Position numbers and translations under genes: made by a program. The notes beneath the pieces were generated by a model. It worked only from the letters and a program-made list of their open reading frames with translations. It searched no databases and was not told the origin of the DNA. A DNA stretch of 64,000 nucleotides, taken from assembly GCA_965261085.1 (NCBI GenBank), contig OZ253442.1, positions 1,280,001 through 1,344,000 on the forward strand, written 5' to 3'. The DNA comes from a bacterium. Its GTDB lineage: Bacteria; UBA8248. Every line of letters starts with the position of its first letter. Position 1 is the stretch's first letter. Shown here piece by piece: positions 17,983 through 28,900 of this stretch.

Positions 17983-19893
17983 TTATCTCGCGTCTGGCCG
18001 AAGCACTCTTTTGTCTCCCACCCGTAGCGTAACGCGTGCGGTATCGAAATATTCAAGCAAAGGTATGGCGTGTTTTCTTGTGATGCCCAACAGGTCCCGA
18101 AATTCCGCCGCCGAAATTTCGTTGTTGAGTGATAGATGTTCTTTAAGGAGGTTTTCTGCTTCGTTTAAAGCATTTTTATGATAGATAATGTTATCCTTCA
18201 GTCGCAGTAAGGCGCCTTGGTCGATGAGGATTTGCAAGGCATTTCGATTTGAGTTGTCTTTGTCGTCGCTGTGTGAGAATGCGTCTTCGACGGATGGCGG
18301 TTGAAAGTGGGCAATCTCGAAAATCTTCTCTAGTTTTGTTTTCACTTCTCCGAGTGTTTCATCAATTTCTACTGAATGGGAAGCGAGCCTTAGGATGGCG
18401 CCATTTTCAACTATTTCGTTTGATTCGCTTAAGTGTTTAAGTGCGGCGGCAAAGATTTTTTCATTGATGTCGCCTGCCTTACCGCGAACTTCTTCCTTAG
18501 GTGCTCCTGTGCGAAGAGGGTTCTCAGTATGATATTTCTTCAAAAAAGTGAGAATATTTTTTTGGGCTGTGTTGAAGTGGGCTGTAGTCATCGAGAAAAA
18601 ATTGACTTGGTCGATAATTTGCACTTCTCCTTGAGCAGCTAATTCTTGAATGGTTTTTTCGATGTCACTTCGCTTGAGTGTGAGACGGCCTGTGAGGACA
18701 GTGAGATCAACCCCATTCAACCGTGAGTCCTGGAGTAAAATGAGCAATCTTTCCGTCTCATCACCTTGATAAAGTGATTTCAAGTGATCTATAGACGAAC
18801 TCCGCAATCGTCTATGCTTGCGAGGCATAATATCCAAGATTTCCCCGCCACCTATCGTGATGATTGGCGAATAACTTCTGATGACAAATCGATCTCTGGG
18901 CAGTACGACGATAGGTTCCTCCAGCCGTATTTGGGCAAATGAATTATCTCCCGGTTCGAGCACATCTCGTCCGATGAGAGATATCCTGCCCATGATTTCA
19001 GCGGTACCTGCATGGAAGCGAATACGATTCCGGGTTTTCAAAGGACGAGGTGCGTCGGCCAGATGCTCAAGATGAACATCGAGCATATACGTTGTTTTCA
19101 GTTCACCACGATGACCGATGATGTCTCCCCTGAACACCTCCGCTCGCTCGAGGCCCTGAAGATTCACGGCGGTTCTGAGGCCGGCAGTCGATTTTTCCAC
19201 GGACTCCCCATGTACTTGTAAGCCACGAACGCGCGCCTGAAGAGCCTTTGGGTAAACTTCAATTTGTTCACCTACAGCCACACTTCCACTGAGCAAGGTT
19301 CCCGTTATCACGACACCGAAGCCCCGCATCGTGAATACACGGTCAATCGGTATTCGAAAGATACCCGTTTCGCTTTTTGCAGGCGTCTGATTTGCGATTT
19401 CGACCAAAGCTTTTTTGAGATTTTCCAGACCATCTCCAGTGTGAGCCGAAACCGGCACAATGGGTTTTTCTTCCAAAAAGGTATCTTTGACGAAGTTTTG
19501 TATATCGTCCATCACAAGTTCAACCCATTCTGGTTCGACCAGATCTGTTTTGGTGAGCACGATGAGGCCGGTTTTTACCCCGAGAAGTCGGCAAATCGAC
19601 AAATGCTCCCTCGTTTGCGGCATGACGCCTTCATCGGCAGCAATGATCAGCATCACCAAATCGATCCCTCCGACTCCTGCCAACATGTTTTTTACGAATC
19701 GTTCATGGCCCGGAACATCCACGATACCTGCGTGGATGTTACCGAGAATCAACTCCGCAAACCCGAGCTCGATGGTGATGCCGCGTTCTTTTTCTTCTTT
19801 TAGGCGATCAGTGTCTGTGCCGGTTAACGCTTTGACGAGAGAGGTTTTGCCATGATCAATGTGGCCAGCGGTTCCGATGACAACATGTTTCAT
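17983..19893 (-). CDS. selB: Selenocysteine-specific elongation factor SelB
   Basis: [32 protein letters not shown]; C-terminal winged helix [20 protein letters not shown]. Confidence 0.97.
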   Translation of the reverse strand: MKHVVIGTAGHIDHGKTSLVKALTGTDTDRLKEEKERGITIELGFAELILGNIHAGIVDVPGHERFVKNMLAGVGGIDLVMLIIAADEGVMPQTREHLSICRLLGVKTGLIVLTKTDLVEPEWVELVMDDIQNFVKDTFLEEKPIVPVSAHTGDGLENLKKALVEIANQTPAKSETGIFRIPIDRVFTMRGFGVVITGTLLSGSVAVGEQIEVYPKALQARVRGLQVHGESVEKSTAGLRTAVNLQGLERAEVFRGDIIGHRGELKTTYMLDVHLEHLADAPRPLKTRNRIRFHAGTAEIMGRISLIGRDVLEPGDNSFAQIRLEEPIVVLPRDRFVIRSYSPIITIGGGEILDIMPRKHRRLRSSSIDHLKSLYQGDETERLLILLQDSRLNGVDLTVLTGRLTLKRSDIEKTIQELAAQGEVQIIDQVNFFSMTTAHFNTAQKNILTFLKKYHTENPLRTGAPKEEVRGKAGDINEKIFAAALKHLSESNEIVENGAILRLASHSVEIDETLGEVKTKLEKIFEIAHFQPPSVEDAFSHSDDKDNSNRNALQILIDQGALLRLKDNIIYHKNALNEAENLLKEHLSLNNEISAAEFRDLLGITRKHAIPLLEYFDTARVTLRVGDKRVLRPDAR

Positions 19894-19941
19894 AAGATGG
19901 CTTCGCCTTCGTGGTTGATAGGCGAGATATAAAAATATCGA

Positions 19942-20745
19942 TTAGTCATGGCGATGGATGAATTCAAGGATCGATTCATTGAATTCAACCGGTTTTTCAA
20001 GATATACGAAATGGCCGCCTTCATCAAAAATTTTCAATTCAGCTCCAGGGATGGCATCGCTCAATTGGTGAGAATAATAGAGGGGAGTGACGACATCGTC
20101 TCTTGCCACTGCCACCAGCACTGGACTTGTGATTTGACCCAAGCGGTCCAACTGGTCATGCGCAATAATGCACTCGATTCTCTCGGCCATAATCTCAGCC
20201 GGAGGCGCGTTTGCAATCGATTGGTTTTCCTGCAATTGGATTGTCTGAAAGTTGTCGGTGAAAAACTTTGGGCTATGCAAGGTGAAGGTAGAAAACCTCG
20301 TGTAAGTCTCCCATCCCATCCCGAGCAAGACTTCTTTGCGTACACGAAACTGGCGGGTGAAATATTCGTCGCTCTTGGGCCAGGAACTTACTATGGAGCC
20401 GCTTTTGACACGGCCGGGATAGTCAATGCACATTACTTGGATGATGGCTCCGCCGGTTGAACTGCCGACGAGATGCGCTTTTTCTATTCCTAGGTCATCC
20501 ATGATAGCGGTGATATCTTTCGCCATGTTGGGAACGCTGTATACCCCGCTCGGTTTTGCGCTATTTCCTGTTCCCCTATGGTCATGAAGGATGAGTGGCC
20601 TGGTCGCAGAAAAAGCATCGATTTGCTTCGTCCATGATGCACGAATGCCTCCCAGCCCGCTGATCAGGAAAACAGGCGTATCGTTATGCTGGGGGTTGAT
20701 GACTTCATAATCTATTGCAACACCTTCGGAATTAACGGTTGGCAT
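19942..20745 (-). CDS. Alpha/beta hydrolase (RutD/PcaD-like)
   Basis: ISGLGG, DHRGTGNS, VGSSTGG nucleophile elbow, DVVTP, GGHF. Confidence 0.88.
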   Translation of the reverse strand: MPTVNSEGVAIDYEVINPQHNDTPVFLISGLGGIRASWTKQIDAFSATRPLILHDHRGTGNSAKPSGVYSVPNMAKDITAIMDDLGIEKAHLVGSSTGGAIIQVMCIDYPGRVKSGSIVSSWPKSDEYFTRQFRVRKEVLLGMGWETYTRFSTFTLHSPKFFTDNFQTIQLQENQSIANAPPAEIMAERIECIIAHDQLDRLGQITSPVLVAVARDDVVTPLYYSHQLSDAIPGAELKIFDEGGHFVYLEKPVEFNESILEFIHRHD

Positions 20746-20806
20746 CGGAAAATTGTCCCCTGTTTTCGTGTTAGCGAGAGAAATGAAATCCAGACAAGGT
20801 CGAAGA

Positions 20807-22249
20807 TTACTTTGCGAATTCGTTGAGAATCACGCCAAGTTGATTTATTTCCCCTACTCTAATGCATCGCAGGTCTAATATTACTTTATCCTCATGAATG
20901 CGTGCCACAACAGGTGGAGTAGCATTGCGCAGCTTGGTTTCCAACGATTTGGCGGAAAAATTTTTGGGAGATAATGTCACAGCGTAACTATCGAGTTTCG
21001 CCAGGGGCATTGCCCCGCCGCCTACCATCCCCGAAGTTTCTTCCACCTTGGCGCCGAGCACGGAACAAGTATGTTCCCCCATCAGATTCATCAAAGATTC
21101 CGCCTGTTTTTTCAGTTTTTCCCGGTTGGTGGACAACATTTGAAGAATCGGGATCTGGGTGTGGGCAGCATCAGGATCTAGATACACCCTGAGTGTTGCT
21201 TCTAATGCGGCGAGCGTTAGCTTATCCAGCCTGAGAATGCGCATGAGAGGATGTTTTTTCATTTTCTCTATCCATGTCGCCTTGCCTACAACAATCCCAG
21301 CCTGCGGGCCGCCGAGTAGTTTGTCTCCGGAAAAAGTAACGACATCGATTCCCGCTCGGATTGACTCTAGGACGGTGGGTTCATGAGGCAAACCATCAAT
21401 ATCAATCAGCGAACCGCTCCCCAGATCTTCTAGCGTGGGTATATTTGTTTCCCTGCTGAGTTTTGAGAGTTCATCGCGAGATACTTCTTCCGTAAAGCCG
21501 ACAATCCTGTAATTACTTGTATGTGCTTTCAGCAGCAATGCCGTATGTTGGGTGATGGCGTTGCGGTAGTCGTTTATTCTCGTTTTGTTGGTTGTCCCTA
21601 CTTCTATTAATTTTGCGCCGCTTTGGCGCATGATATCCGGAATTCGGAAAGAATCACCGATTTCGACCAGCTCTCCTCGTGAAACGATTACTTCAGCGGA
21701 ATTGGCCATCGTATGAATCGCGAACATCACGGCTGCAGCGTTGTTGTTGACGACCAATGCCGCCTCCGCCCCTGTAAGTTGGCAAAGAAGAGATTCCACA
21801 TCTACTCCTCTTTTTCCTCTCCGTCCGAGGTTCAAATCGAATTCCAGGTTTGAATATCCCTGGGTCACATCATTGAGGGCGGACCTTGCTGCCTCACTTA
21901 ATGGCGCTCGACCCAGATTTGTGTGCAGCACGATTCCTGTGGCATTAATGACTTTTTTCAAGCCAAGTTGTTTATTCGAAGAAAGGATTTGTTTTGCTTC
22001 ATTTAGAACGATATCCCGAAGCGTTTGCTCGGACAGCGATGCGTTTTCCGTAGGATTCGGGAATTCCTGGTTCGTTTGTTCAAGTAGAAGCTGTCTTTTC
22101 GTTCCGATTGCTTTTCTGACGGCATCGGATAGGGCGGTGTCTGATGAGCTATTTACACCGTCATTTTTGAGGCGGGTAACGATTTCATCCACCGAAGGTA
22201 ATAGCCGAAGCAGTTTGGATTGAAAATTTCGAGCGTCTGGAGAAGTCAT
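20807..22249 (-). CDS. selA: L-seryl-tRNA(Sec) selenium transferase SelA
   Basis: LRLLPSVD, INATGIVLHTNLGRAPL, VSRGELVEIG, FSGDKLLGGPQAG. Start trimmed to ATG 22249. Confidence 0.96.
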   Translation of the reverse strand: MTSPDARNFQSKLLRLLPSVDEIVTRLKNDGVNSSSDTALSDAVRKAIGTKRQLLLEQTNQEFPNPTENASLSEQTLRDIVLNEAKQILSSNKQLGLKKVINATGIVLHTNLGRAPLSEAARSALNDVTQGYSNLEFDLNLGRRGKRGVDVESLLCQLTGAEAALVVNNNAAAVMFAIHTMANSAEVIVSRGELVEIGDSFRIPDIMRQSGAKLIEVGTTNKTRINDYRNAITQHTALLLKAHTSNYRIVGFTEEVSRDELSKLSRETNIPTLEDLGSGSLIDIDGLPHEPTVLESIRAGIDVVTFSGDKLLGGPQAGIVVGKATWIEKMKKHPLMRILRLDKLTLAALEATLRVYLDPDAAHTQIPILQMLSTNREKLKKQAESLMNLMGEHTCSVLGAKVEETSGMVGGGAMPLAKLDSYAVTLSPKNFSAKSLETKLRNATPPVVARIHEDKVILDLRCIRVGEINQLGVILNEFAK

Positions 22250-22555
22250 GCCGCATCCCTTATATGAATACGAAGGATGACTATAAGATTGCAGGTTTTG
22301 AATGGTCAAGTCGTCAGGATCAAGGTCGGCTGAAGACTCATGGTGGCCATGGAGGGAGGTCATTTTCAAACAGCGGATAAAGGACGCGAAGAATTTGCTG
22401 TGTCGGGATTTCCCGAACCTTGATTCATCTTGACACTTACCTGACCCCCTGATAGTGTTCGCGCCTAATCCATGTTTGCCTATGAGTTTTAACTAGCTGT
22501 TTACATTTCGTTTATTTAGATTTGGTTTTTCGGAACTTCGAAGGCAGGGTAGTAG

Positions 22556-23470
22556 ATGAACTCCCCCCAGAATAACCCTCCGATTTTTGTTCCTGACAAA
22601 AGTAAAGTTGTCGTTCCGTTTATGCGCGATGTTTTTACGATTCCCAGGAATTCTCGCCATAAGCCCAATCTCATTGGGTCTGTTTGTAGGGAATGCGAGG
22701 AGTATTTTTTCCCGAAAACCGGGTCGAAAACCACTTGCGACAACCCGGTTTGTCCGCGTAGCACGAGCGAAGTGCTTCTGAGCGGGAAGGGCAAACTTCT
22801 TTCGGCCACGATCACGCGTTCTTCCGTAGACGGGAATGTAGAACATGTCTCCGCGGTCATACTCCTGGATGAGGGGATAAAGATAAATTCCCACTTGATT
22901 GACTGGGAAGGTTACCGGGACATGTTGGTTCCCGGTTCTCCGGTGGAACTCGTGTTGCAGGATCTCGGAGAGAATGAATGGCGTGAAACGCAGGTGGGCT
23001 ATGCTTTTCGCTTGATGACAGGACGTAGAAAACCCGTATTCCCGCCTACGGAAGAAGAAAAACGGGCGGCCGAGGCGGCGCGCGCAGAAGATGAGAAAAA
23101 AGCGAAAAAACAACGGGCGCGGCAGAAAAAAGCTGCAGCGCAGAAAAAGCGAACGGCAGCCAGGAAAAAAGCCCCCGTTGTGAAGAAAAAAACGACTGCC
23201 GCTCCCAAGAAAACCACTACGGCGAATAGCAAAACGGCCAGCTCTCAAGGGAAAGCGGCTGCCGCAAAGAAAAAAGCGGCAACGACGCGGAAAACGGCGG
23301 CTAAAAAGAAAACGCTCGCCGGCAAAGCCGTGAATACTGCCAAGAAGAGGACTCCCGCTAGAAAAATCGCTGCAAACAAGGCGGCCAAGGCGAAGGCTCC
23401 GAAGAAAACAGCGGTGAAAAAGACCACTCAGAAGAAAACTGCCTCCAAAACCACCAGGAAGCGCCGCTAG
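22556..23470 (+). CDS. Zn-ribbon + OB-fold (DUF35/ChsH2-like) protein with histone-H1-like Lys/Ala tail
   Basis: LIGSVCRECEEYFFP..CDNPVC, GKGKLLS.T, GSPVELV, GYAFR; then about 130 aa of K/A/T-rich low-complexity sequence. Confidence 0.8.
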   Translation: MNSPQNNPPIFVPDKSKVVVPFMRDVFTIPRNSRHKPNLIGSVCRECEEYFFPKTGSKTTCDNPVCPRSTSEVLLSGKGKLLSATITRSSVDGNVEHVSAVILLDEGIKINSHLIDWEGYRDMLVPGSPVELVLQDLGENEWRETQVGYAFRLMTGRRKPVFPPTEEEKRAAEAARAEDEKKAKKQRARQKKAAAQKKRTAARKKAPVVKKKTTAAPKKTTTANSKTASSQGKAAAAKKKAATTRKTAAKKKTLAGKAVNTAKKRTPARKIAANKAAKAKAPKKTAVKKTTQKKTASKTTRKRR

Positions 23471-23488
23471 AGAGAATTTACTCATCCG

Positions 23489-24655
23489 ATGCCACTCCTC
23501 CAGGGTTTGAAAGTCGTTGACGCCAGCCAGTTCAATGCCGGCCCCATCGTATCGCTCTATCTCGCGGGCTATGGGGCGGAAGTCATCAAGGTGGAGCGCC
23601 CCGGCGGAGAGGACAGCCGCGCCATCGGTCCTTTCAAAAACGGCGAGAGCAGCTATTTTATGAGCCTGAATCGCGGCAAGCGCTCCATCACGCTTGATCT
23701 CAAAAACCCGGAAGGTGTGGAGGTGTTCAGGAAGCTTTGCCGCGGGGCGGATGTTCTGGTGGAAAACCTCCTCCCCGGCGTGATGGATCGTCTGGGCGTC
23801 GGCTGGGAGGTACTGAAAGCCGAAAATCCCAGGCTCATATACGGCGCGGTCTCAGGCTTCGGCCAGAGCGGGAAAAACGCGAGGCGCCCCGCCTTCGACA
23901 GCCTCTTGCAAGCCGCGGGCGGCCTCATCAGCGTGACGGGGCCTGTGGACGGAGAGCCCGTGCGCGTGGGCGTCTCTATTGTCGACGTGGCGAGCGGCCT
24001 CTACCTCCTCTCGGGCGTTCTCACCGCCCTGTTCCGCCGAGAACGCACCGGAGAAGGCATGCGCGTGGATGCCTCGATGATGGGCGCGACCGTCAACATC
24101 ATGGAAAACCCGGTGGCGCGCCACACCTTTACAGGCCAAGTACCTGAACCAGAAGGGCTTTCCCATCCGGTGGTCTCTCCCTTTTCGGGCTATAAGACGA
24201 AGGACGGCCTCATATTCGTGGCAATCTCGAACACGAACCGCTACCGCGTATTCCTCGAAGCCATTGAAAAGCCTGCGCTCGCTGACGATCCCCGCTTCGC
24301 CGAGAACAAAGACCGCGTGGCGAACGACGCCGCCCTGCGCGCGATTCTCGAGGATATCCTCACTGAAAAGACGACCGCCGAGTGGGAGGAACTCCTTATT
24401 CCCCAAGGGGTTACGGTGAGCGCCATCAACGACGTGGCGCAGGTGAAAGAGCGCTTCCCGGAGGCCTTCGTCGAGGTCGACCACCCCGCGGCGGGGCCTG
24501 GGCTTCTGCCCGCCTCACCCTTGACGTTCGCAGGCGTTACCCCTGATTTTTCAAGGCCTTCGCCGGTGGTGGGCGAGCACACGCAAGCGATTCTCGCTGA
24601 ATTGGGCTACTCGGCGGAGGAAATCGCCCGCCTGCGCGCCGAAAGCGTCGTGTAA
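23489..24655 (+). CDS. CaiB/BaiF family III CoA-transferase
   Basis: LQGLKVVD, GAEVIKVERP, NRGKRSITLDLK, ADVLVEN, AFDSLLQA, GEHT..IL.ELGYS. Confidence 0.95.
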   Translation: MPLLQGLKVVDASQFNAGPIVSLYLAGYGAEVIKVERPGGEDSRAIGPFKNGESSYFMSLNRGKRSITLDLKNPEGVEVFRKLCRGADVLVENLLPGVMDRLGVGWEVLKAENPRLIYGAVSGFGQSGKNARRPAFDSLLQAAGGLISVTGPVDGEPVRVGVSIVDVASGLYLLSGVLTALFRRERTGEGMRVDASMMGATVNIMENPVARHTFTGQVPEPEGLSHPVVSPFSGYKTKDGLIFVAISNTNRYRVFLEAIEKPALADDPRFAENKDRVANDAALRAILEDILTEKTTAEWEELLIPQGVTVSAINDVAQVKERFPEAFVEVDHPAAGPGLLPASPLTFAGVTPDFSRPSPVVGEHTQAILAELGYSAEEIARLRAESVV

Positions 24656-24713
24656 TCTCTAACTATCTAATAAACAATCGCTTACAGAGATGTTTTCCCG
24701 TTCCAGGCATTCC

Positions 24714-24763
24714 CGAAAAACCCCGTTAATTTATCGAAAAACCCCGTGAATTTATCGATATTT
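24714..24763. repeat. 35-bp inverted repeat, right copy, within 2x21-bp tandem cgaaaaaccccgt(t/g)aatttat
   Basis: 24729-24763 is the reverse complement of 11939-11973. Confidence 0.85.
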
Positions 24764-25045
24764 ATCGTATTGTTTACTTGTTTTTTAGCTATGGAAGGGA
24801 TGTTCGGGATGGTGCGGCCGGGTGCCGGTGAAACAGCGTCGCGGGGTCGGCTCTTCCCGGCTCGGAAGCGATGGGCCGAGGCGCCACTTGGGCCGATGGG
24901 TCTGCCCGCTTCCGGTGGGGATGAGCGCCGCCTTTCTCGAGGCGCGGCCCGTGGTGTAATCTACACACGCGCGCAGGTTTAGCGCGATGCGCAAGTGCGG
25001 GCAAATGCTGGCTCAAAGCCGAACGGGGTCAATCGCGACCGAGTA

Positions 25046-25237
25046 GGGGCTGTTGAAAAAGCCTTTGTCAAGGGAGCAACCCCCCTGTCCCCCCTTGTCA
25101 GGGGGGTAAAGGCGATGCCCCCCGACGAGGGGGTGGAAGAAAAGCCCCCCTGACAAGGGGGGACAGGGGGGTTGCTTTTACCAGTCGAAAGGGGTGTCCC
25201 CTCTACTCTCTAAAAAGGGGTCTTTTTCAACAACCCC
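25046..25237. mobile_element. 192-bp MITE, copy A (TIR gggg(c/t)tgttgaaaaag, 5-bp TSD gagta, internal 32-bp inverted repeat)
   Basis: Ends ggggctgttgaaaaag...ctttttcaacaacccc, flanked by gagta on both sides. Second copy at 41275-41466. Confidence 0.88.
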
Positions 25238-25374
25238 GAGTAGGGAGTGATTGCAGTTTGCCGCCCGCGCACGGATGCGGGGCGGACTCGAATTCAGAGC
25301 GCGCTTGCTGTCTCTACCGGGTCGATTCCGCAGGCGCCATGCGCCGTCCCCCAAATGCCTCGGGAGTATGAAAA

Positions 25375-25794
25375 ATGCTCATTGTGAACGAGAGGCTCCG
25401 AATCCCTTTGCGGGAAATCCACTTTCAGTTCGCGCGAAGCTCCGGCCCCGGCGGGCAGAACGTGAACAAGGTGTCGAGCAAGGCGGTGCTGCGCTGGAAC
25501 ATGGCCGCCTCGCCGAGCGCGCCCGATGACGTGAAGGAAAGGCTCCGCGCGCTCCACCCGCGCCGCGTGACGCGCGAGGGCGAGGTCGTCATCACGAGTA
25601 GCCGCTTTCGCGATCAGGGCCGAAACGTCGCCGATTGCCTCGAAAAGCTGCGCGCCGCCCTCGCCGAAGTCTCTACGCCTCCCAAACCCAGACGCCCCAC
25701 GCGCCCCACCCGCTCATCGGCCGAAAAACGCCTCCAGGAAAAACGCGAACGCGCCGAGAAGAAGAGGAAGAGGGGGAAGGTCAATCCCGACTGA
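25375..25794 (+). CDS. arfB: Alternative ribosome rescue factor ArfB (YaeJ), intact copy
   Basis: FARSSGPGGQNVNKVSSK, RDQGRN..DCLEKL, basic tail PKPRRPTRPTRSS..KRL..K. Confidence 0.95.
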   Translation: MLIVNERLRIPLREIHFQFARSSGPGGQNVNKVSSKAVLRWNMAASPSAPDDVKERLRALHPRRVTREGEVVITSSRFRDQGRNVADCLEKLRAALAEVSTPPKPRRPTRPTRSSAEKRLQEKRERAEKKRKRGKVNPD

Positions 25795-25904
25795 GGAGGG
25801 AGGGATTGCGAGGCGAGGGGGTGTTCCGCTTGACCGGTTCGATTTTCGAAAGATAGACTCGCGTTCCGCCCGATTGGTGTTTCTTTACATTTGTTTTGTC
25901 ATTT

Positions 25905-25930
25905 GTAGGGGCCGTTCGCGAACGGCCCTA
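25905..25930 (+). repeat. GTAG-type REP palindrome
   Basis: gtaggggccgttcgcgaacggcccta, directly upstream of the SIR2 gene. Confidence 0.75.
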
Positions 25931-25955
25931 TTCCATCAGGTATGCGAGCGATAAA

Positions 25956-28900
25956 ATGTCTTTGCGATTCTCGGACGACGGCCCGGAATTTCCCGATGAA
26001 CTTGTAGACGACCTGCTTAAAGGCGAGGTTGTGTTCCTATGCGGGGCTGGGGTAAGTGCGCCTCAACTGCCCGGGTTTAAGCAACTGGTTTGCCAGTGTT
26101 TTAAGCCTCTCAACGTTTCAATGAACGATACCGAAAAAATAGCCTTTAAAGCAGAACGGTACGAAGAAGTCTTGGGATCGCTTAGTCGACGTATAGTCGA
26201 CCCTAGCGAATTGACGAAAGTTGTCTCTAAGGAAGTACAAGCACCAAGTAGGGTCAACCTTTCCAACCATCGCACAATCCTTCGCCTATCACGCGACCTC
26301 GAAAATAGGCCTACTATCGTCACTACCAACTTCGACACTTTATTCGAGAGGGCAGTAAACGAAGCAGGATTCACAGACAAGGTTGCCAACCTCAGCTTTG
26401 CGGGACAAGAAATCCCCGCGCCCGGAAGCGTAGGCTTCGGTGGCATCATCCATATTCATGGCCGGATAGCCGATGAACAGATTCAACTCGGTCAGACACC
26501 ACTGGTTTTCACTAGCGCTGACTATGGCGATGCCTATCTGCGATCTGGTTGGGCATCCCGCTTCTTTTTCGATCTGGTGCGCTGCAAGACGCTCGTGCTC
26601 GTAGGATATAGCGCTGGTGATGCTCCGGTGCGTTATCTTCTGAATGTTCTTGAGAACGATCGAGAACGCTTCCCGGATTTGCGGTTGGTCTACGCGTTTG
26701 ATGGGATTGATACGGATGCTGCAGAAGCTGTGGCGCGCTGGGCATCATTGGCAGTTCCTCCGCTTTTCTATCAGAAGAAAAAGGATTCTAAAAAACGTCA
26801 CGAAGCTTTATGGAATGATCTTTCCTTATTGGCTGACCTGATTGAATGTCCTAAAGCGACTAGGCGTTCAATGGTTCAAGAAATTCTTGAGAAGTCCTTC
26901 GAAGAAACTGACGACAAAGAACGAGATAACGTTAGCTGGTTGTTTAACGAACGAAGCGATCTATGGGGCGTTGCTATCCGAGCGATTCATGATCCCGACT
27001 GGTTCGATTTTCTGGCAGATAAAAATCTATGGTCTAACGATGATGCTGCGTGGGTACTCGCCGCATGGATAGCCCGCGATTTTACAGATGCCCAGCGTTT
27101 TCAGACTGCAATCAAATGGCACAATCAGAAGCTCAGTGAAGAAATTGCCAGACGCCTATTGTATAGAGAATCAAAGCAGGAAGTTTCTGATATTTGGCTT
27201 CGAACTTGGCGTTTGTTGACAAGAAATGTACCTCTCCAAAATGCAGACGATGGAATCCCATTTTATGAAATCAAACAGATACTGGCGGGGCCAGTCGTCT
27301 TGCGTGCAGATATTGAGAAAGCTGTGGATTTACTTTCCCCAAGGGTTAAGCTCTCGACTCGGACTCTTTACGGTACACCTATACCGGAAAATCCCAATAG
27401 GCTTGCTGATCTGGCCTATGTGGAGATAACAGGCCCCAATCACAATGATTCATCCGATCTCATTGAGGCCTTGCTCAAGATTCCGTGTCACGAAGAACTA
27501 GTGGGAATTGCAACAACTGCTCTGCGTTCAGCTATTGGCTATATGGTCGATGCCGAGTTAATTGGCGATGCCTATGATGAGAATGACTTTAGCGTACCAT
27601 CAATCGAAAAGCATCCACAAAACAATCATCGTGACGGGGTTAGATTTTTGGTTCGGCTTTTGGTGGGACTACTACCACTGGTGGCGAAAACAGATCCCGA
27701 AGTCGTCAGGCGATATGTAGAAGAGTGGAAAAACATTCCAGGGCGCATAGGCAAGAGATTGTCGTTGCATGCGTTTAGGGATGAAGCGCTTTTCACGGCT
27801 AACGAAGCATTAAACTATGTTTTGAGTTTGTCCGAGGTGGACTTTTGGATAATTCGCCGTGAACTTGCTCTTGTGCTTCGGGACCGTGCTGGTACCGCCG
27901 ATGAAGCACTTGTTCGAGAGGTTGAAGAGCGCATCATCTCTGAAGGAGATCGGTTTTTTCAGCGTTATAGTGTCGAAGAAGGACAACCCGATTGGCGACC
28001 ATACGCTCGGGATAGAGATGTTTGGTTGTTACTCAACATGATGGCCGAAGCAATAGTCATTTCTGAAATTGGTCAAACAGAACTTGAAGAAATCAAGGCC
28101 AGACGTGCGCACCTTAAGCGCAAGGTCGAGTGCCGAGACTTTTTCAGTTCCTACACTTCTGGTGTTCGTACCGTAACCGGGGACGCAAAGCCGATTTTAG
28201 AAGCGGATGAGGATGATAAACTACGTGTCGCTCATGAGTTAATGCAGAGTCCAGATATCGAGAAACAAGAAGGGTGGAACACCTACTGCCGATCTGATCC
28301 GAAAGGTGCCCTCAACGTTCTAAAGGAAGCGCCTCTTGAACTCGCAAATACTCGCCTCTGGCAAGACTTAATTTCTGCGCTTTATATTGCCAACGAGGAG
28401 GAAAGAACAAAACGCGAACATATTGTTATTGATGTTTTCCAGATACTTGAGTCTGCAAAAAATGATTTCATCCTTAATCTCCTCATGGAACTCACCCAGT
28501 TGTACCGCTCTACGCCACGCAAAAAGATAACAAACAGTAATGATTGGTGGACTCGACTTTTTGAACTTACGAGCAAATCTGAAATTAGACTTCTTGACGC
28601 AAAGCAAAATTTTTATGGTCGCTCGATCAATTCACCCTCTGGTCATCTTACCGAGGCGCTATTGCTAGATGTAGAGGAATGTCACAAAGCGGCTCGGACA
28701 ATTCCAGAGGTATATCTAAACAATCTCATTACTGCCGCAACGTCCGACGGGTCTTCCGGCACTCTTGCCCGTGCGCCTCTTGTCCACAATGCAGCATTTC
28801 TTTTGTCAGTTATTCCTGAGTTTGATGCCACCCCCTTGGTTGATGCTTTATCAGGTGACGATACTGAAAGCGCTGGTTTGAGAGCAGTGCTTGTTACCAA

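Noticed and set aside
22250-22555. tRNA-Sec (selC) or SECIS expected near selAB
   Set aside because: No UCA-anticodon cloverleaf recognised by eye, and no convincing in-frame UGA selenoprotein found; tRNAscan-SE/bSECISearch would be needed.
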